From a virus (Duplodnaviria > Caudoviricetes): a stretch of DNA of 64,000 bases. This document shows positions 25,561 through 36,500 of the stretch, piece after piece; the stretch's first letter is position 1, and each line of letters starts with the position of its first letter. The notes under the pieces are model-generated. The model had not been told where the DNA came from. It made no database searches and worked only from the letters and a program-made list of their open reading frames with translations. The stretch spans positions 1 to 64,000 of the IMG/VR virus record IMGVR_UViG_3300027656_000007; one strand, written 5' to 3'. The position numbers and the translations under genes are program-made.

Positions 25561-26412
25561 ATGGGTCGTCCTTTAAAAATAGCAAAAAATTCACCTATGT
25601 CTGGAATCTTTTATGATCCCAGCAATCAAGGCACAACAGCACAATCTGTGCCAGTTGACATAGGTTATCCTCCATTTGCCGCACCAACCAGCATGGACAC
25701 AAACACAGTAGTTCTACCATCTCCTGCATCAACAACAGTGCCATTCACAGGTGTGGTGGGCGGCGCTCAAATTATTAGTTCACCAAGCGCAAGTTACCCA
25801 GTGGTCAGTTGCCAAGTAAACATTGCACTACCAGATGGAACAGGTGCAGGTGTTGCTACAGGTCAAATCATACGTCAAAAAGGTTCTCACAAATTCTTAG
25901 TGGTTGACAGTACTGTTCTTAATGATGAAGAATTTGTAGTTGGCGCAAGTTATATGATTCTCACATTGGATACCACAAACTGGCAACAAATGGGTGCTCC
26001 AGTTGGTGCCATAGCAGGTACAATTTTCACTTGCACAGCAGTTTGTGCTAATCCACAAAACGGTACTGGTTTGTTGGTTGGAAATTGTGTACTCACAGAC
26101 AGTAACACTCCAACAGTGGGCAACATGAGTATTGCCATGGCAGTAGGCGGCGACAGTACAGAAGTGTATATCAGCAAGCTGACCAACAAATTTGCACAAG
26201 ACTTCAACGGTGGTGCCACAGGCGGCAATGCCGATTCTGGAGATGTTTGGAATCCTGGTCAAGTCGTCAATGACATTGAGTATGTGGCCAACTTCTTCAC
26301 AGACGAAAGCACATTTACCAAGAGTGGTGCCGAAACAGCAACCTGGGCTGGCACAGCACAAAACAGCAATGGCACACTGGGCCTTGCTCAAGTTGAAAAA
26401 ATTACATCTTAA
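25561..26412 (+). CDS. Virion structural protein (head-proximal, function unknown)
   Basis: 283 aa Gly/Thr/Val-rich; AAGGAG SD; first gene of the fibre/structural run. Confidence 0.65.
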   Translation: MGRPLKIAKNSPMSGIFYDPSNQGTTAQSVPVDIGYPPFAAPTSMDTNTVVLPSPASTTVPFTGVVGGAQIISSPSASYPVVSCQVNIALPDGTGAGVATGQIIRQKGSHKFLVVDSTVLNDEEFVVGASYMILTLDTTNWQQMGAPVGAIAGTIFTCTAVCANPQNGTGLLVGNCVLTDSNTPTVGNMSIAMAVGGDSTEVYISKLTNKFAQDFNGGATGGNADSGDVWNPGQVVNDIEYVANFFTDESTFTKSGAETATWAGTAQNSNGTLGLAQVEKITS

Positions 26413-26424
26413 TTTGACACTTGC

Positions 26425-26457
26425 AATCCCCACGGTTAAATATCGTGGGGATTTTTT
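26425..26457 (+). terminator. Terminator-like 10-bp hairpin with late promoter core TAAATA in its loop
   Basis: AATCCCCACG-GTTAAATAT-CGTGGGGATT then TTTT and ATG 26458. Confidence 0.7.
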
Positions 26458-27045
26458 ATGACTGTGGCATTTGTGTTGGGAAACGGCGTCAGCAGAGCTG
26501 GACTTCCGTTAGAACAGATTCAAAAACTAGGAAAAATATACGGGTGCAATGCTCTTTACAGAGAGTTTGTACCTGATGTTCTTGTGGCCTGCGATCGCCC
26601 CATTGCTACACAGATACAAGAAACCGGTTATTCAGCACAGCACACATTCTACACAAGAAAACCCATTGCTGGCCTGGGTGCGCTGGCTTTACCGCCTCAG
26701 TATTATGGGTTTAGTTCGGGACCAAACGCAGCGGGACTGGCAGCATTGGCCAATCATGCTAGGATTTATCTGTTAGGGTTTGACATGGGTCCTACCAGTA
26801 ACAATCAATTCAATAATGTGTATGCTGGAACTGAGTTCTACAAATCTCCTGATGCCCGGCCCACATTTACAGGAAATTGGGTAAAACAGCTAACAACCAT
26901 TGCAAAAGATTTCCCAGCTGTAGAGTTTGTTCGAGTATGCGGCCCAACCACTGCACCTTTGCCTGAATTGGAAAAACTTATCAATGTACAACACGAGGAT
27001 TTGGCCACCTTTGTAATGCGGATAAATAATCAAAAGGACCTCTAA
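26458..27045 (+). CDS. Rossmann-like protein (MptE/DUF115 or glycosyltransferase-like)
   Basis: AFVLGNGVSR, IYGCNALYR, PDVLVACD, SSGPNAA, IYLLGFD. Confidence 0.6.
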   Translation: MTVAFVLGNGVSRAGLPLEQIQKLGKIYGCNALYREFVPDVLVACDRPIATQIQETGYSAQHTFYTRKPIAGLGALALPPQYYGFSSGPNAAGLAALANHARIYLLGFDMGPTSNNQFNNVYAGTEFYKSPDARPTFTGNWVKQLTTIAKDFPAVEFVRVCGPTTAPLPELEKLINVQHEDLATFVMRINNQKDL

Positions 27046-27657
27046 ATGGCTACAGTAAAAAATACCAGCGACAACTACACCATCACAGTGGCCAACGGCG
27101 TTGGTCTAATGACCATCAATGCAAACCTTGATGTAGTTGGCAATATCACTTATATTGATTCAAGTGAACTACGTGTGACTGATCCGTTCATCACAGTGGC
27201 CTACGAAAACAACGGTGCTATACAAAGCATGGGATTGGTGGCTCAAAAAACAACCACAACCTGGGCAGGCCTACGTTTCAACACTGTCAGCAGCGATTGG
27301 GAAATTAGTGACAGTGTTGATGCTGAAGGTGCACCAATATCGCCCTATGTACCAATTGCCAGTGGCAATGTAACTACTAATCCTGGGCTTCCTGCCAATT
27401 CAATACAGTTCAATCAGGCCAATGCATTTGCTGGCAACAGTGCATTTACTTTTGATGTTGCCAATGCCAAAGTCAACATCACTGGTCAAATAGTGTACGG
27501 AAACATAGTGACTGCACCAGCAGCAACAGCCAATGCAGTTGCGCTGTATCACAACGCCGAAGGCACCGGTGGTACTGGGTTATATTTTAAATCCACTACG
27601 GAACAGGATGAACTGATAAGCAAATCCAAGGCAATCGTTTTTAGTCTTATATTTTAA
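27046..27657 (+). CDS. Virion structural/fibre-associated protein
   Basis: 203 aa beta-rich; ITYIDS..LRVTDPFITVA segment resembles N-termini of the larger fibre genes. Confidence 0.6.
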   Translation: MATVKNTSDNYTITVANGVGLMTINANLDVVGNITYIDSSELRVTDPFITVAYENNGAIQSMGLVAQKTTTTWAGLRFNTVSSDWEISDSVDAEGAPISPYVPIASGNVTTNPGLPANSIQFNQANAFAGNSAFTFDVANAKVNITGQIVYGNIVTAPAATANAVALYHNAEGTGGTGLYFKSTTEQDELISKSKAIVFSLIF

Positions 27658-27665
27658 GGAACAGT

Positions 27666-27983
27666 ATGGCAATCACCAATACACGATTAACAACCACAGC
27701 TCCAACCACAGTGTTTGAAGCAGTTGGTCAACAAGCAATCACCACAATATATCTTTGTAACACCACTGGTTCAACAGTGTCATTCAATCTGTTTATCATT
27801 GACAGCGGCGACAGCACTGGCGCCGGCAATAATAATATGGTCTATTCTCTTATAGAACTCACAGCCAACGACAGTTATGTTGTATCCACTGAACGACTGG
27901 TACTGAGCAACGGTGACCTAATAGATGTTGAGGCCAACGTAGCAAATTGCGTTACAGTAACAGTCAGTTCAATCGCAGTGTAA
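27666..27983 (+). CDS. Small virion structural protein
   Basis: 105 aa beta-rich; AAGGA SD; inside the structural operon. Confidence 0.6.
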   Translation: MAITNTRLTTTAPTTVFEAVGQQAITTIYLCNTTGSTVSFNLFIIDSGDSTGAGNNNMVYSLIELTANDSYVVSTERLVLSNGDLIDVEANVANCVTVTVSSIAV

Positions 27984-27984
27984 C

Positions 27985-28383
27985 ATGGGCAATTGGATCA
28001 AAAATCGTCTGCTTGACTCTGGCAGTACATCTGTGGTAATGCCAACAGGATCGTCAGCCACACGGCCGGACGCACCTGTGTTTGGGCAATTTCGATTCAA
28101 CACCGACATAGGATTGATTGAATTTTACAACGGTGCTGTTTGGCAGTCAGTGTCTGCCGGAGGGTCAATTGCGTATACGGTTGACAACTTTGTGGGCAAC
28201 GGAACAACCACAGTGTTCACCATGTCAGTACCAGAAGCTACAGCCCAACAGATCATTGTGTTTGTTGGTAGTGTGTATCAAATACCTGTTACCAACTACA
28301 CTGTCAACGGCGGATTTGACATCACATTCACCAGTGCTCCACCGTCGAACCTTCCAATCAACGTGATTCACAGCACAACTTGA
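27985..28383 (+). CDS. Small fibre/baseplate-associated protein
   Basis: PTGSSATRP...GQFRFNT...EFYNG..W motif also present in 30480..32696 and 33575..40069. Confidence 0.65.
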   Translation: MGNWIKNRLLDSGSTSVVMPTGSSATRPDAPVFGQFRFNTDIGLIEFYNGAVWQSVSAGGSIAYTVDNFVGNGTTTVFTMSVPEATAQQIIVFVGSVYQIPVTNYTVNGGFDITFTSAPPSNLPINVIHSTT

Positions 28384-28422
28384 TTGTTTTCTATCAACTA
28401 AATACCCTACAAGGGAAGATCG

Positions 28423-30480
28423 ATGGCTATTAGTAAAATTGCAGGACAGATGTTAAAGGACAATCTCGAAAGAGATGGTGCCAACCTGGCAATTTCAGAT
28501 ACCTCAGCAGATACTCCAGTCATCTTTGTTGACATTGTCAACGGTAGAGTTGGCATTAACAAAAACACACCAGTACAAGCACTGGACATAAACGGTAATA
28601 TTTCAGTCTCCGATATTTCATCTGCCGCAATAAGCGCCAGTGGCAATGTCACTGGCAACGGAGTAACACTGTCAGCCAACGCTATTTCTGCTGCCAGTGG
28701 CAAGCTGGCATTGGGTACTATTGCCAACATTACAATCACCGGCGGCGCATTAAATTACTTGGTGACCACAGACGGCACTGGAAACTTGTCATTCAAATCA
28801 GCAGGCGAAGTTGGTGTCGTGGGCAATGTTATTCCAATGGGAACCAACACCTTAGGCAATCTTGTCAGCAACGCTGTTACATTGACCACAACTACCACTG
28901 TAACTGATGGTATCACTCAATTAAACACTGTGTTGGGAAAATTAGTACCACCAGCACCTGCCAATTTTCCCGGCGGACAGACACTGTCAATATCAGGTGT
29001 AGCCACATATCGAATGGCCAACATCACACAGGTGGACAACACGCCAGCTGCCAATAAATCTGTTGCAGCCGGCGCCACTGTTACTACGGTGCTTCGTGCT
29101 GCCACCTATTCAACCAACACTATCAGCACAGTTGGCCCAGGCGATTCTGGTGTAATCACTGCTGTGCGTAACGGAGCCGCAGTAGGCAATGTGACCTTGA
29201 ACACCGGCGCTACACCCACTGCCAACGGTACTTACGGCGGCAACTTGGTAATAACCAATAACTTTGACTACCGCAATGCCAACGCAAATATTGCCGCCGG
29301 ATTCTGGTATGTGTTTTCGTCTGCTGTTTCGGGCACTGCTGCTTTGGCTGGATGGAACGAAGTTTACATAGCCGATTCTGCTGTAGGCAATACCAACACT
29401 CCAGTATGGTACTATGATAACAGCAGCCCTGCCACTCCCAGTTTTAGCGGCAGCACTATGACACCTCCGGGTTCGCCTACACTGTTATACAGCAGTACTG
29501 TTCCGCACTATACCAATGCTACCCAATTTGCAATCAGCGCCAACGTGGCCAACATCAGCGGCAATACTTACCCAACGTCAAACACACTGGCATCTGGTTC
29601 AGCTGCTGGCAGCTTTGCAGCCCCGGCATCAGTTACGTACAATGCCAGCAATATTGGCAGCAACGTGCTGGGAAGTTTTGCAAGTGCATCATTTTCAACC
29701 ACTGCCAATGTGACCACTGGTTTTGGCGGCAGTTCAACCGGTCCGAGTATGAGTGTCAACAACAGCTACAGTACAGGTACGTTGACATTGACCACAGCAT
29801 TGGGCAATACGGTATTGTATAAATCAGGTTCTGCTGTTGCTGTCGACGAAGGCAACATTGTGGTCACCAGTGTTGGTACTGGATCAGGCAATGCTGTTCG
29901 TATCATAAATCCTGGTTCCGGAAACACTCCAGTGTACACTGGCAGCGAAGCAAATTTTAACAGCCAAAGTTCAACTCTAGAAACTTATGATGCCACTGTA
30001 GTGGGCACTGGATCTCAGGGCGTACTCAAACACGATCAAACCAACTATGCCACTGGCTACTTGCCTGCTGGGCCCAATCTAAGTGCAAGTCGTTCTGGCA
30101 CACAGTATTTCACTATCAAGTTTGTGAGAACCGATGTCAGTAAGTTTGACATTACCTATGCCGGCAATGTGGCTGGTATGTGGGTAGCATTGCCAGGATC
30201 GGCAATTGATTCCAGTTCTGGTGCCAATGGATGGATCGACATGACCACTGCATATGCTGGTAGTGGTTATCCGGGCATCAACGCACCTGGCAATGGATCT
30301 GATGGTTGCAGTTTAGGCGGTGTAGTGGTTCCAAACGTCTCCACAACCAGTGTTAGCAAGACCTGTACTTTTGGTACAGTATCCAGTTCGACCACTGCCA
30401 CTGGAGAAATCTATGTGAGAATAGCACTCACATCCGGCCAATCAGTAACTGGTCTATCATTCAAAGCAGCGAGTAACTGA
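28423..30480 (+). CDS. Large virion structural (fibre-like) protein
   Basis: 685 aa Ser/Thr/Gly/Asn-rich; late promoter core CTAAATA at ~28398. Confidence 0.7.
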   Translation: MAISKIAGQMLKDNLERDGANLAISDTSADTPVIFVDIVNGRVGINKNTPVQALDINGNISVSDISSAAISASGNVTGNGVTLSANAISAASGKLALGTIANITITGGALNYLVTTDGTGNLSFKSAGEVGVVGNVIPMGTNTLGNLVSNAVTLTTTTTVTDGITQLNTVLGKLVPPAPANFPGGQTLSISGVATYRMANITQVDNTPAANKSVAAGATVTTVLRAATYSTNTISTVGPGDSGVITAVRNGAAVGNVTLNTGATPTANGTYGGNLVITNNFDYRNANANIAAGFWYVFSSAVSGTAALAGWNEVYIADSAVGNTNTPVWYYDNSSPATPSFSGSTMTPPGSPTLLYSSTVPHYTNATQFAISANVANISGNTYPTSNTLASGSAAGSFAAPASVTYNASNIGSNVLGSFASASFSTTANVTTGFGGSSTGPSMSVNNSYSTGTLTLTTALGNTVLYKSGSAVAVDEGNIVVTSVGTGSGNAVRIINPGSGNTPVYTGSEANFNSQSSTLETYDATVVGTGSQGVLKHDQTNYATGYLPAGPNLSASRSGTQYFTIKFVRTDVSKFDITYAGNVAGMWVALPGSAIDSSSGANGWIDMTTAYAGSGYPGINAPGNGSDGCSLGGVVVPNVSTTSVSKTCTFGTVSSSTTATGEIYVRIALTSGQSVTGLSFKAASN

Positions 30481-32696
30481 TGGCCATTTCAATCGCACAA
30501 TATGTTGACTTACTGTTTAAGAAACTGCAAGGTGTTGCAAAAACTGCCAATGCCGCAACTAAGAGTGCGTCAAACGAAAGTATAGCATCACCAGCATTTC
30601 TACGTGGCGATATTGTATGGATGCAAGCTGACCAAATCACTGCGACCGCCGGTGCAATTGCTGGAATTAGTAATGCCCGTGTAAACTCAAATTCTGTACA
30701 GTGTTCGGCAGACACCACTGTACCACCGGTAGGCGGCATACGTCCCACTTGGTTATCAAATGTGTCATACTGGATTCCTCAAGAATTTGGGTCTACATGG
30801 TTGCCAAAAGTCTATGTGGGACCCACAAGTGCTGCTAACATTCAAGCAACTGGCACACAGATATTCTCTGCCGGTATTGGCGGAGTAGGCGAATACTATT
30901 TTGATACACAGGCCGGTGTACTGAACTTCATCGGTGAAACCATCCCCACAGTGTTGACAGCAGGCAATGTAGTTTATATTTCGGGCTATGAGTATGTAGG
31001 TGCTATTGGTGTCACCAACAACCCAGGTAATGTGACAATTGGCAATTTAACTGTAGCCAATACCACTGTATCCACTGCGTTAGCCGACGGCAACATTACC
31101 CTGACTGCCACTGGCAACGGATTGGTTGCTGTAACCGGTGTGAGCGGTCTAACTATACCGTCGGGCAATACAAACCAACGCCCAACAAGCCCAGCCACTG
31201 GCACAGTTAGATTCAACACTCTTACACAAAATTTAGAAACTTACACCGGCAACAGCTGGGCCGCAGCCAGCAGTGGTGGTAACTCATTTACAATTACCAA
31301 TCAAACAATTATTCCGGATGGCAACAGCTTGGTTTACCCGCTGAATCAGACTGCAACTTCTTCTAGTGTGCTGTTGACCATTAACGGTGTTAATCAAACT
31401 CCAGACATGGACTATTCTGTGGTTGGTAATATACTGACAATGTCTACGGTGCCGGAAGATTCTGACTGGATCCAAGTGAGATTCTTGTCTGGAATTACTA
31501 CCACTACTGTCATCACAAACAGTGCTGGAAATGCTGTGGTATCGGTGTCCAACTCAGGTAATATTGATCTGCAACCGAGTCCTGCCCACGTGGTCAATGT
31601 GGATGGAAACATTGTGGCTGATTACTTTATTGGCAACGGTAGTCAACTGACTGGTATTACAGCAATATCAAGTTATGGCAACGCCAATGTGGCAGCTAAC
31701 TTGGCAGCATTTGGATCAAATCCTATATCAACCACAGGTAATGTCACTGCGGGCTATTTTCTCGGTGATGGATCACAATTAACCGGATTACAAAGTGTTG
31801 TAGGTGCAACAGGTGCAACAGGTGCAACAGGTGCAACTGGCGTTGGCGTAACTGGCGCAACTGGAGCAACTGGTATAGTTGGTGCCACTGGCGTAATTGG
31901 CGCAACTGGAGCCACTGGTGTTACAGGTGCCACTGGCGTAATTGGCGCAACTGGTGTTACAGGTGCTACTGGTGTTACAGGTGCAACAGGCGCAAGAATT
32001 TACACTGTGACAGCCAGTGGCTTTAGTGCATATGTAATTGATGGCGCAAATGATCCAACATTAAATTTACTGCGCGGATTCACATATGCATTCGATGTGA
32101 ATGCAACTGGACACCCTTTCTGGATTCAAACAGTTGCTGCCCCATACAGTTCTGGAAACGTGTACAATACTGGAGTAACCAATAATGGAGCTCAAGTTGG
32201 TACAATAATATTTGCTGTGCCATATAATGCTCCAAGTACATTGTACTATGTTTGCCAGAATCATGCAGCCATGACAGGCACTATCAATATTACTGATGTT
32301 GGTCCAGCAGGTGCCACAGGATCCACTGGGCCAACAGGTGCTACTGGTGTTACAGGTGCCACTGGTGTTGCCAACTTATCTATTGAGGATACTGCCGCTA
32401 ATTACGATTACTTTATTGCTATGTCCTCTGCATCTACTGGTGCAGTCAATACCTTGTACGTGGACAATCCTGGTCTTAGATACAATCCCAGTACAGGTAA
32501 CTTGCAGACCACTGGTAATATTACAGGCAACTATTTCATTGGCAACGGTAGTCAGCTGACTGGAATAACTTCGAGCAGCAGCGGCGGAAACCTCTGGATA
32601 GTTGGCAGAGTGGCAACGTATTATACACCAATTATAAATGGCATATTGAGTATAGTTGGCCGTACTGGAAATATATCGGTACCAATTAATACATAA
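30480..32696 (+). CDS. Fibre protein with collagen-like repeats and a cupredoxin-like domain
   Basis: (G-A/V-T)n runs; GHPFWI...LYYVCQNHAAMTGTI. Confidence 0.75.
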   Translation: MAISIAQYVDLLFKKLQGVAKTANAATKSASNESIASPAFLRGDIVWMQADQITATAGAIAGISNARVNSNSVQCSADTTVPPVGGIRPTWLSNVSYWIPQEFGSTWLPKVYVGPTSAANIQATGTQIFSAGIGGVGEYYFDTQAGVLNFIGETIPTVLTAGNVVYISGYEYVGAIGVTNNPGNVTIGNLTVANTTVSTALADGNITLTATGNGLVAVTGVSGLTIPSGNTNQRPTSPATGTVRFNTLTQNLETYTGNSWAAASSGGNSFTITNQTIIPDGNSLVYPLNQTATSSSVLLTINGVNQTPDMDYSVVGNILTMSTVPEDSDWIQVRFLSGITTTTVITNSAGNAVVSVSNSGNIDLQPSPAHVVNVDGNIVADYFIGNGSQLTGITAISSYGNANVAANLAAFGSNPISTTGNVTAGYFLGDGSQLTGLQSVVGATGATGATGATGVGVTGATGATGIVGATGVIGATGATGVTGATGVIGATGVTGATGVTGATGARIYTVTASGFSAYVIDGANDPTLNLLRGFTYAFDVNATGHPFWIQTVAAPYSSGNVYNTGVTNNGAQVGTIIFAVPYNAPSTLYYVCQNHAAMTGTINITDVGPAGATGSTGPTGATGVTGATGVANLSIEDTAANYDYFIAMSSASTGAVNTLYVDNPGLRYNPSTGNLQTTGNITGNYFIGNGSQLTGITSSSSGGNLWIVGRVATYYTPIINGILSIVGRTGNISVPINT
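31802..31990 (+). repeat. Collagen-like Gly-X-Thr repeats
   Basis: GATGATGATGVGVTGATGATGIVGATG...; shorter second run at ~32305-32370. Confidence 0.9.
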
Positions 32697-32716
32697 ATAT
32701 GTGACAGGAATATAAC

Positions 32717-33373
32717 ATGGCCAATCGTTTTCCGTTAATCGTTAACACAGCAAGTGGAAATAGCGTCCAAGAACTCCCTTCAGGCGATTTTTTAGATTTG
32801 AGCAACAGTGGAATCGCTAACAGCGGTAATATCACACTGAATGCCAGTAGTTATTTTATTGGTAATGGTAGCCAGTTAACTGACGTAGTGTCTAGCTACG
32901 GCAACGCCAATGTCACAACATTGTTGTCCAATCTGGGTAGTAATGCAATCAGTACCACAGGCAACATAGCAGCAGCAAACTTCAATTCAACATCAGCTGA
33001 CTTGGCAGAAAAATACACCAGTGATCAAGCCTATCCGCCTGGAACTGTGTTGGTGTTTGGCGGCACTAGTCAAGTCACTGCTTGTGTCAACTCCGAAGAC
33101 CATCGTGCTGCTGGAGTAGTGAGTACGCTGCCTGCATATCTAATGAATACTGAATTGCCCGATGTCACAGTTGCAATGGCCTTGGCCGGACAGGTGCCCT
33201 GTCGTGTGGTGGGACCAGTATCAAAAGGCGATGTGTTGACCACATCAACAGTTGCCGGACATGCTAAAACATTGGATTTTTCTCTGTTCCGACCCGGCTG
33301 TGTGATTGGAAAAGCACTGGAAGATTGTGGTCCAGGTCTGCACAAAATACTAGTATTTGTCTCACACGGATGA
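32717..33373 (+). CDS. Short fibre-related protein with shared C-terminal ADLAE domain
   Basis: ADLAEKY...PGTVLVFGG...GVVST.P..LMN...GQVPCRV...IGKALE, also in 40139..43585 and 43667..44929. Confidence 0.7.
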   Translation: MANRFPLIVNTASGNSVQELPSGDFLDLSNSGIANSGNITLNASSYFIGNGSQLTDVVSSYGNANVTTLLSNLGSNAISTTGNIAAANFNSTSADLAEKYTSDQAYPPGTVLVFGGTSQVTACVNSEDHRAAGVVSTLPAYLMNTELPDVTVAMALAGQVPCRVVGPVSKGDVLTTSTVAGHAKTLDFSLFRPGCVIGKALEDCGPGLHKILVFVSHG

Positions 33374-33574
33374 CCAAAATCTCTGTGTGATGCTGGATCT
33401 TTTGACCAGTTTGATAAATATCAGCACAATCTAACAGCAATCCCCCACAAATTTTTTTCACACTGAAAAGTGAACTGCTCAGTGTGTATTCTCACGGTTT
33501 CGGTAAATAACGTGTAATTTCAAATCCACGGCATGGGTGCCAGTGGATTTAACAAATAAAAAAAGGGGAAACAC

Positions 33575-36500
33575 ATGGCTGTGACCAGAATTAAGAATAA
33601 TCAGATAACTGACGCAACGATTGTTGCCAGTACAAAGCTAGTTGATTATTCGATCACTGCGGGAAAAATCGCAAACAATTTGACCTATGGATCAAATCTG
33701 ACAGTGCAGGGCAACCTGACAGTACAGGGTAACTCCACTGCAATCGACACCAACATCACCACAATTGAAGATCCAGTTATTTTGCTGGCTTCCACACAGA
33801 CTGGTTCACCATCGGTTGACATTGGTTTTATTGGTCAACGCGGTACCTCAGAGAACATTGCTTTTGTCTGGGACGAAAGCGACGACGTGTTTGTAACAGC
33901 ATTTACCAACACTGCTGAATCCAATACCACTATTGCTATTACATCATTGGCCAGTTTCAAGACATTGAATGCCAATGTAACTGGCAACTTGAGTGTGACT
34001 GCACAGAGTAATATTGCCAACTTGACAGTGGCTGCCAACTCCGTGGTGAGTTTTGGCAATAGTGTTATTTCCAATGTGGGCGAGCCAATAGCAAACCAAG
34101 ACGCAGCCACCAAGTACTATGTTGACAACATAAGTGGCAACGCAGGTTTCTTCATCACTGCCGGAAACGTCACTGAAACTATTACCCCAGGCGACGACAT
34201 TGTCTTTGCAGGTACAGCCAATCAAACAACAGTGGTTCTGGCCAACATAGACGGCAACTCCAGCAGCTTGACATTTGGCTTGGCCAACAATGTTTCAGTG
34301 GTTGCCAACGTCACAGTGGGCAACATCTTGACAGTGTCAGGAACAGTCAACAGCAACTTGGTTCCAACCACAACAGCAACTTATAACTTAGGTTCTGCAA
34401 GCAACACCTGGAAAGATCTATACCTTGCTGGCAACAGTATCTATATTGATATACAAAGTATCCGCGCCAATGCTGACGGCATTCAAATTTCTAACACCGT
34501 TAGTGCTGGTAACTTTACCACAGTGGGCAATGTCAGTGCAACTGGCAACGTAATAGCCGGCAATATTACCACAGGCGGCAATGCCAGTGTAACAGGCAAC
34601 GTTACCGGTGGCAACATCACCACAGCTGGCGTAGTTAGCGTGACTGGAACAGCCACACTGGGTAACGTGGCCTCAGGCGGCACACTCAGTGCTGTAGGTA
34701 ATGTAACAGGTGGCAACTTTAAAACTACCGGATTAATTTCAGCAACAGGCGACGTCAATGGCGGCAATGTTTACAGTGGCGGCGAAGTAAGTATTGTAGG
34801 CAATGTTACCGGTGGTAACATTGCCACAGCAGGTACAGCAGCAGCGGCAGTTCTAAGTGCTTCTGGCAACATCACTGGTGGCAACATCACTAGTGCTGGT
34901 ACAGCAAATCTGACAACTATTCAGTCAACCACAATTAGTGCAAGTGGCACAGCTACCTTGGGCAACGTGTCCACAGCAGGCACAGTAAGTGCCGCAGGAA
35001 CAGCTACCTTGGGCAACCTGGCTACAACTGGTACAATCAGTTCAACTGGCACGGCCACATTAGGAAACATAGACACTGGTGGCACAATCAGTGCTATTGG
35101 CAACTTGACTGCTGGCAATATTGCCACAGCAGGTACGTTCCAAGCACAAAGTCTAAGTGCTACAGGTAATATCACTGGTGGCAACATCACTAGTGCTGGC
35201 ATAGCAAACCTAACAACTATTCAGTCAGCCACAATCAGTGCAAGTGGCACAGCCACAGTGGGCAACGTGGCTACAACTGGTACAATCAGTTCAACTGGCA
35301 CAGCTACTTTGGGCAACGTGGCCACAGCAGGCACTGTAAGTGCAACTGGCACAGCTACTTTGGGCAACGTGGCCACCGGTGGTACTATAAGTGCTGTTGG
35401 TAACTTGGCAGCTGGCAATATTGCCACAGCAGGTACGTTCCAAGCAGCAAGTCTAAGTGCTACAGGTAACATCACTGGTGGTAATATCACCACCGCAGGT
35501 ATAGCCAGTTTAACAACTGTTGAAAGTACAACAGTTAGTGCCACAGGCACAGTCACAGCAGGTAATGTAGCCACTGGCGGCACAGTAAGTGCTGCAGGTA
35601 CAGCCACAGTAGGAAATGTCAGCACAGCAGGCGCAGTCAGTGCTGTAGGTACTGTAACTGCTGGTAATGTTAGTACAGGCGGATCGGTCAGTGCAACAGG
35701 TAATGTAAGTGGTGCCAACGTAGCAACTGGCAACATCACTGCAACAGGTACAACAAGTGTCACAGGCAACATCACTGGTGGCAATTTTATTACAACCGGC
35801 GTGGTAAGTGCAACAGGCGGTGTTGCAGCAGGCAATTCTACTGTTACTGGCACACTCAGTGTCACAGGCACAGCCACAGTGGGCAATGTGGCCACAGCAG
35901 GCACTGTAAGTGCAACTGGCACAGGTACATTTGGCAATGTGAACACAGGTGGCAATGTCAGTGCAACTGGTATAGTCACTGGTGGCCTAACAGCTACATT
36001 TGGTAATGTAAACACTGCTGGCAGAATCAGTGCTACAGGCAACATTTCCGGTGGAAATATCATAGTCACTGGCGAAATTCAGTCAGGCACCATAACAATC
36101 AGATCTACCACTGCCAACTCTGGCATTGACCTGTTCACAAACGGCACAGGTAACATCAATGTCAACACAAACTGGATCAACAATGTTAAAGATCCTCTGC
36201 AAGCACAGGATGCTGCAACCAAGAGTTATGTTGATTCGGTAGTAGAAGGCCTGGATCCAAAAGCATCTGTACACGTGGCCACATACACTGCACTGCCCAG
36301 TTACACATACAACAACGGCACAGCCGGTGTAGGTGCAACATTGACAGCTACAGCAGTTGGTAACTTGATCATCGACGGCGACTTAGTTCAAAATGGTCAG
36401 CGAGTTTTGGTCAAGAATGAAGGCGTTAATGCAGCCTACAACGGTATCTATGTTGTGACCACAGCAGGTGCTACTGCTACAGCATATGTGTTGACTCGTG

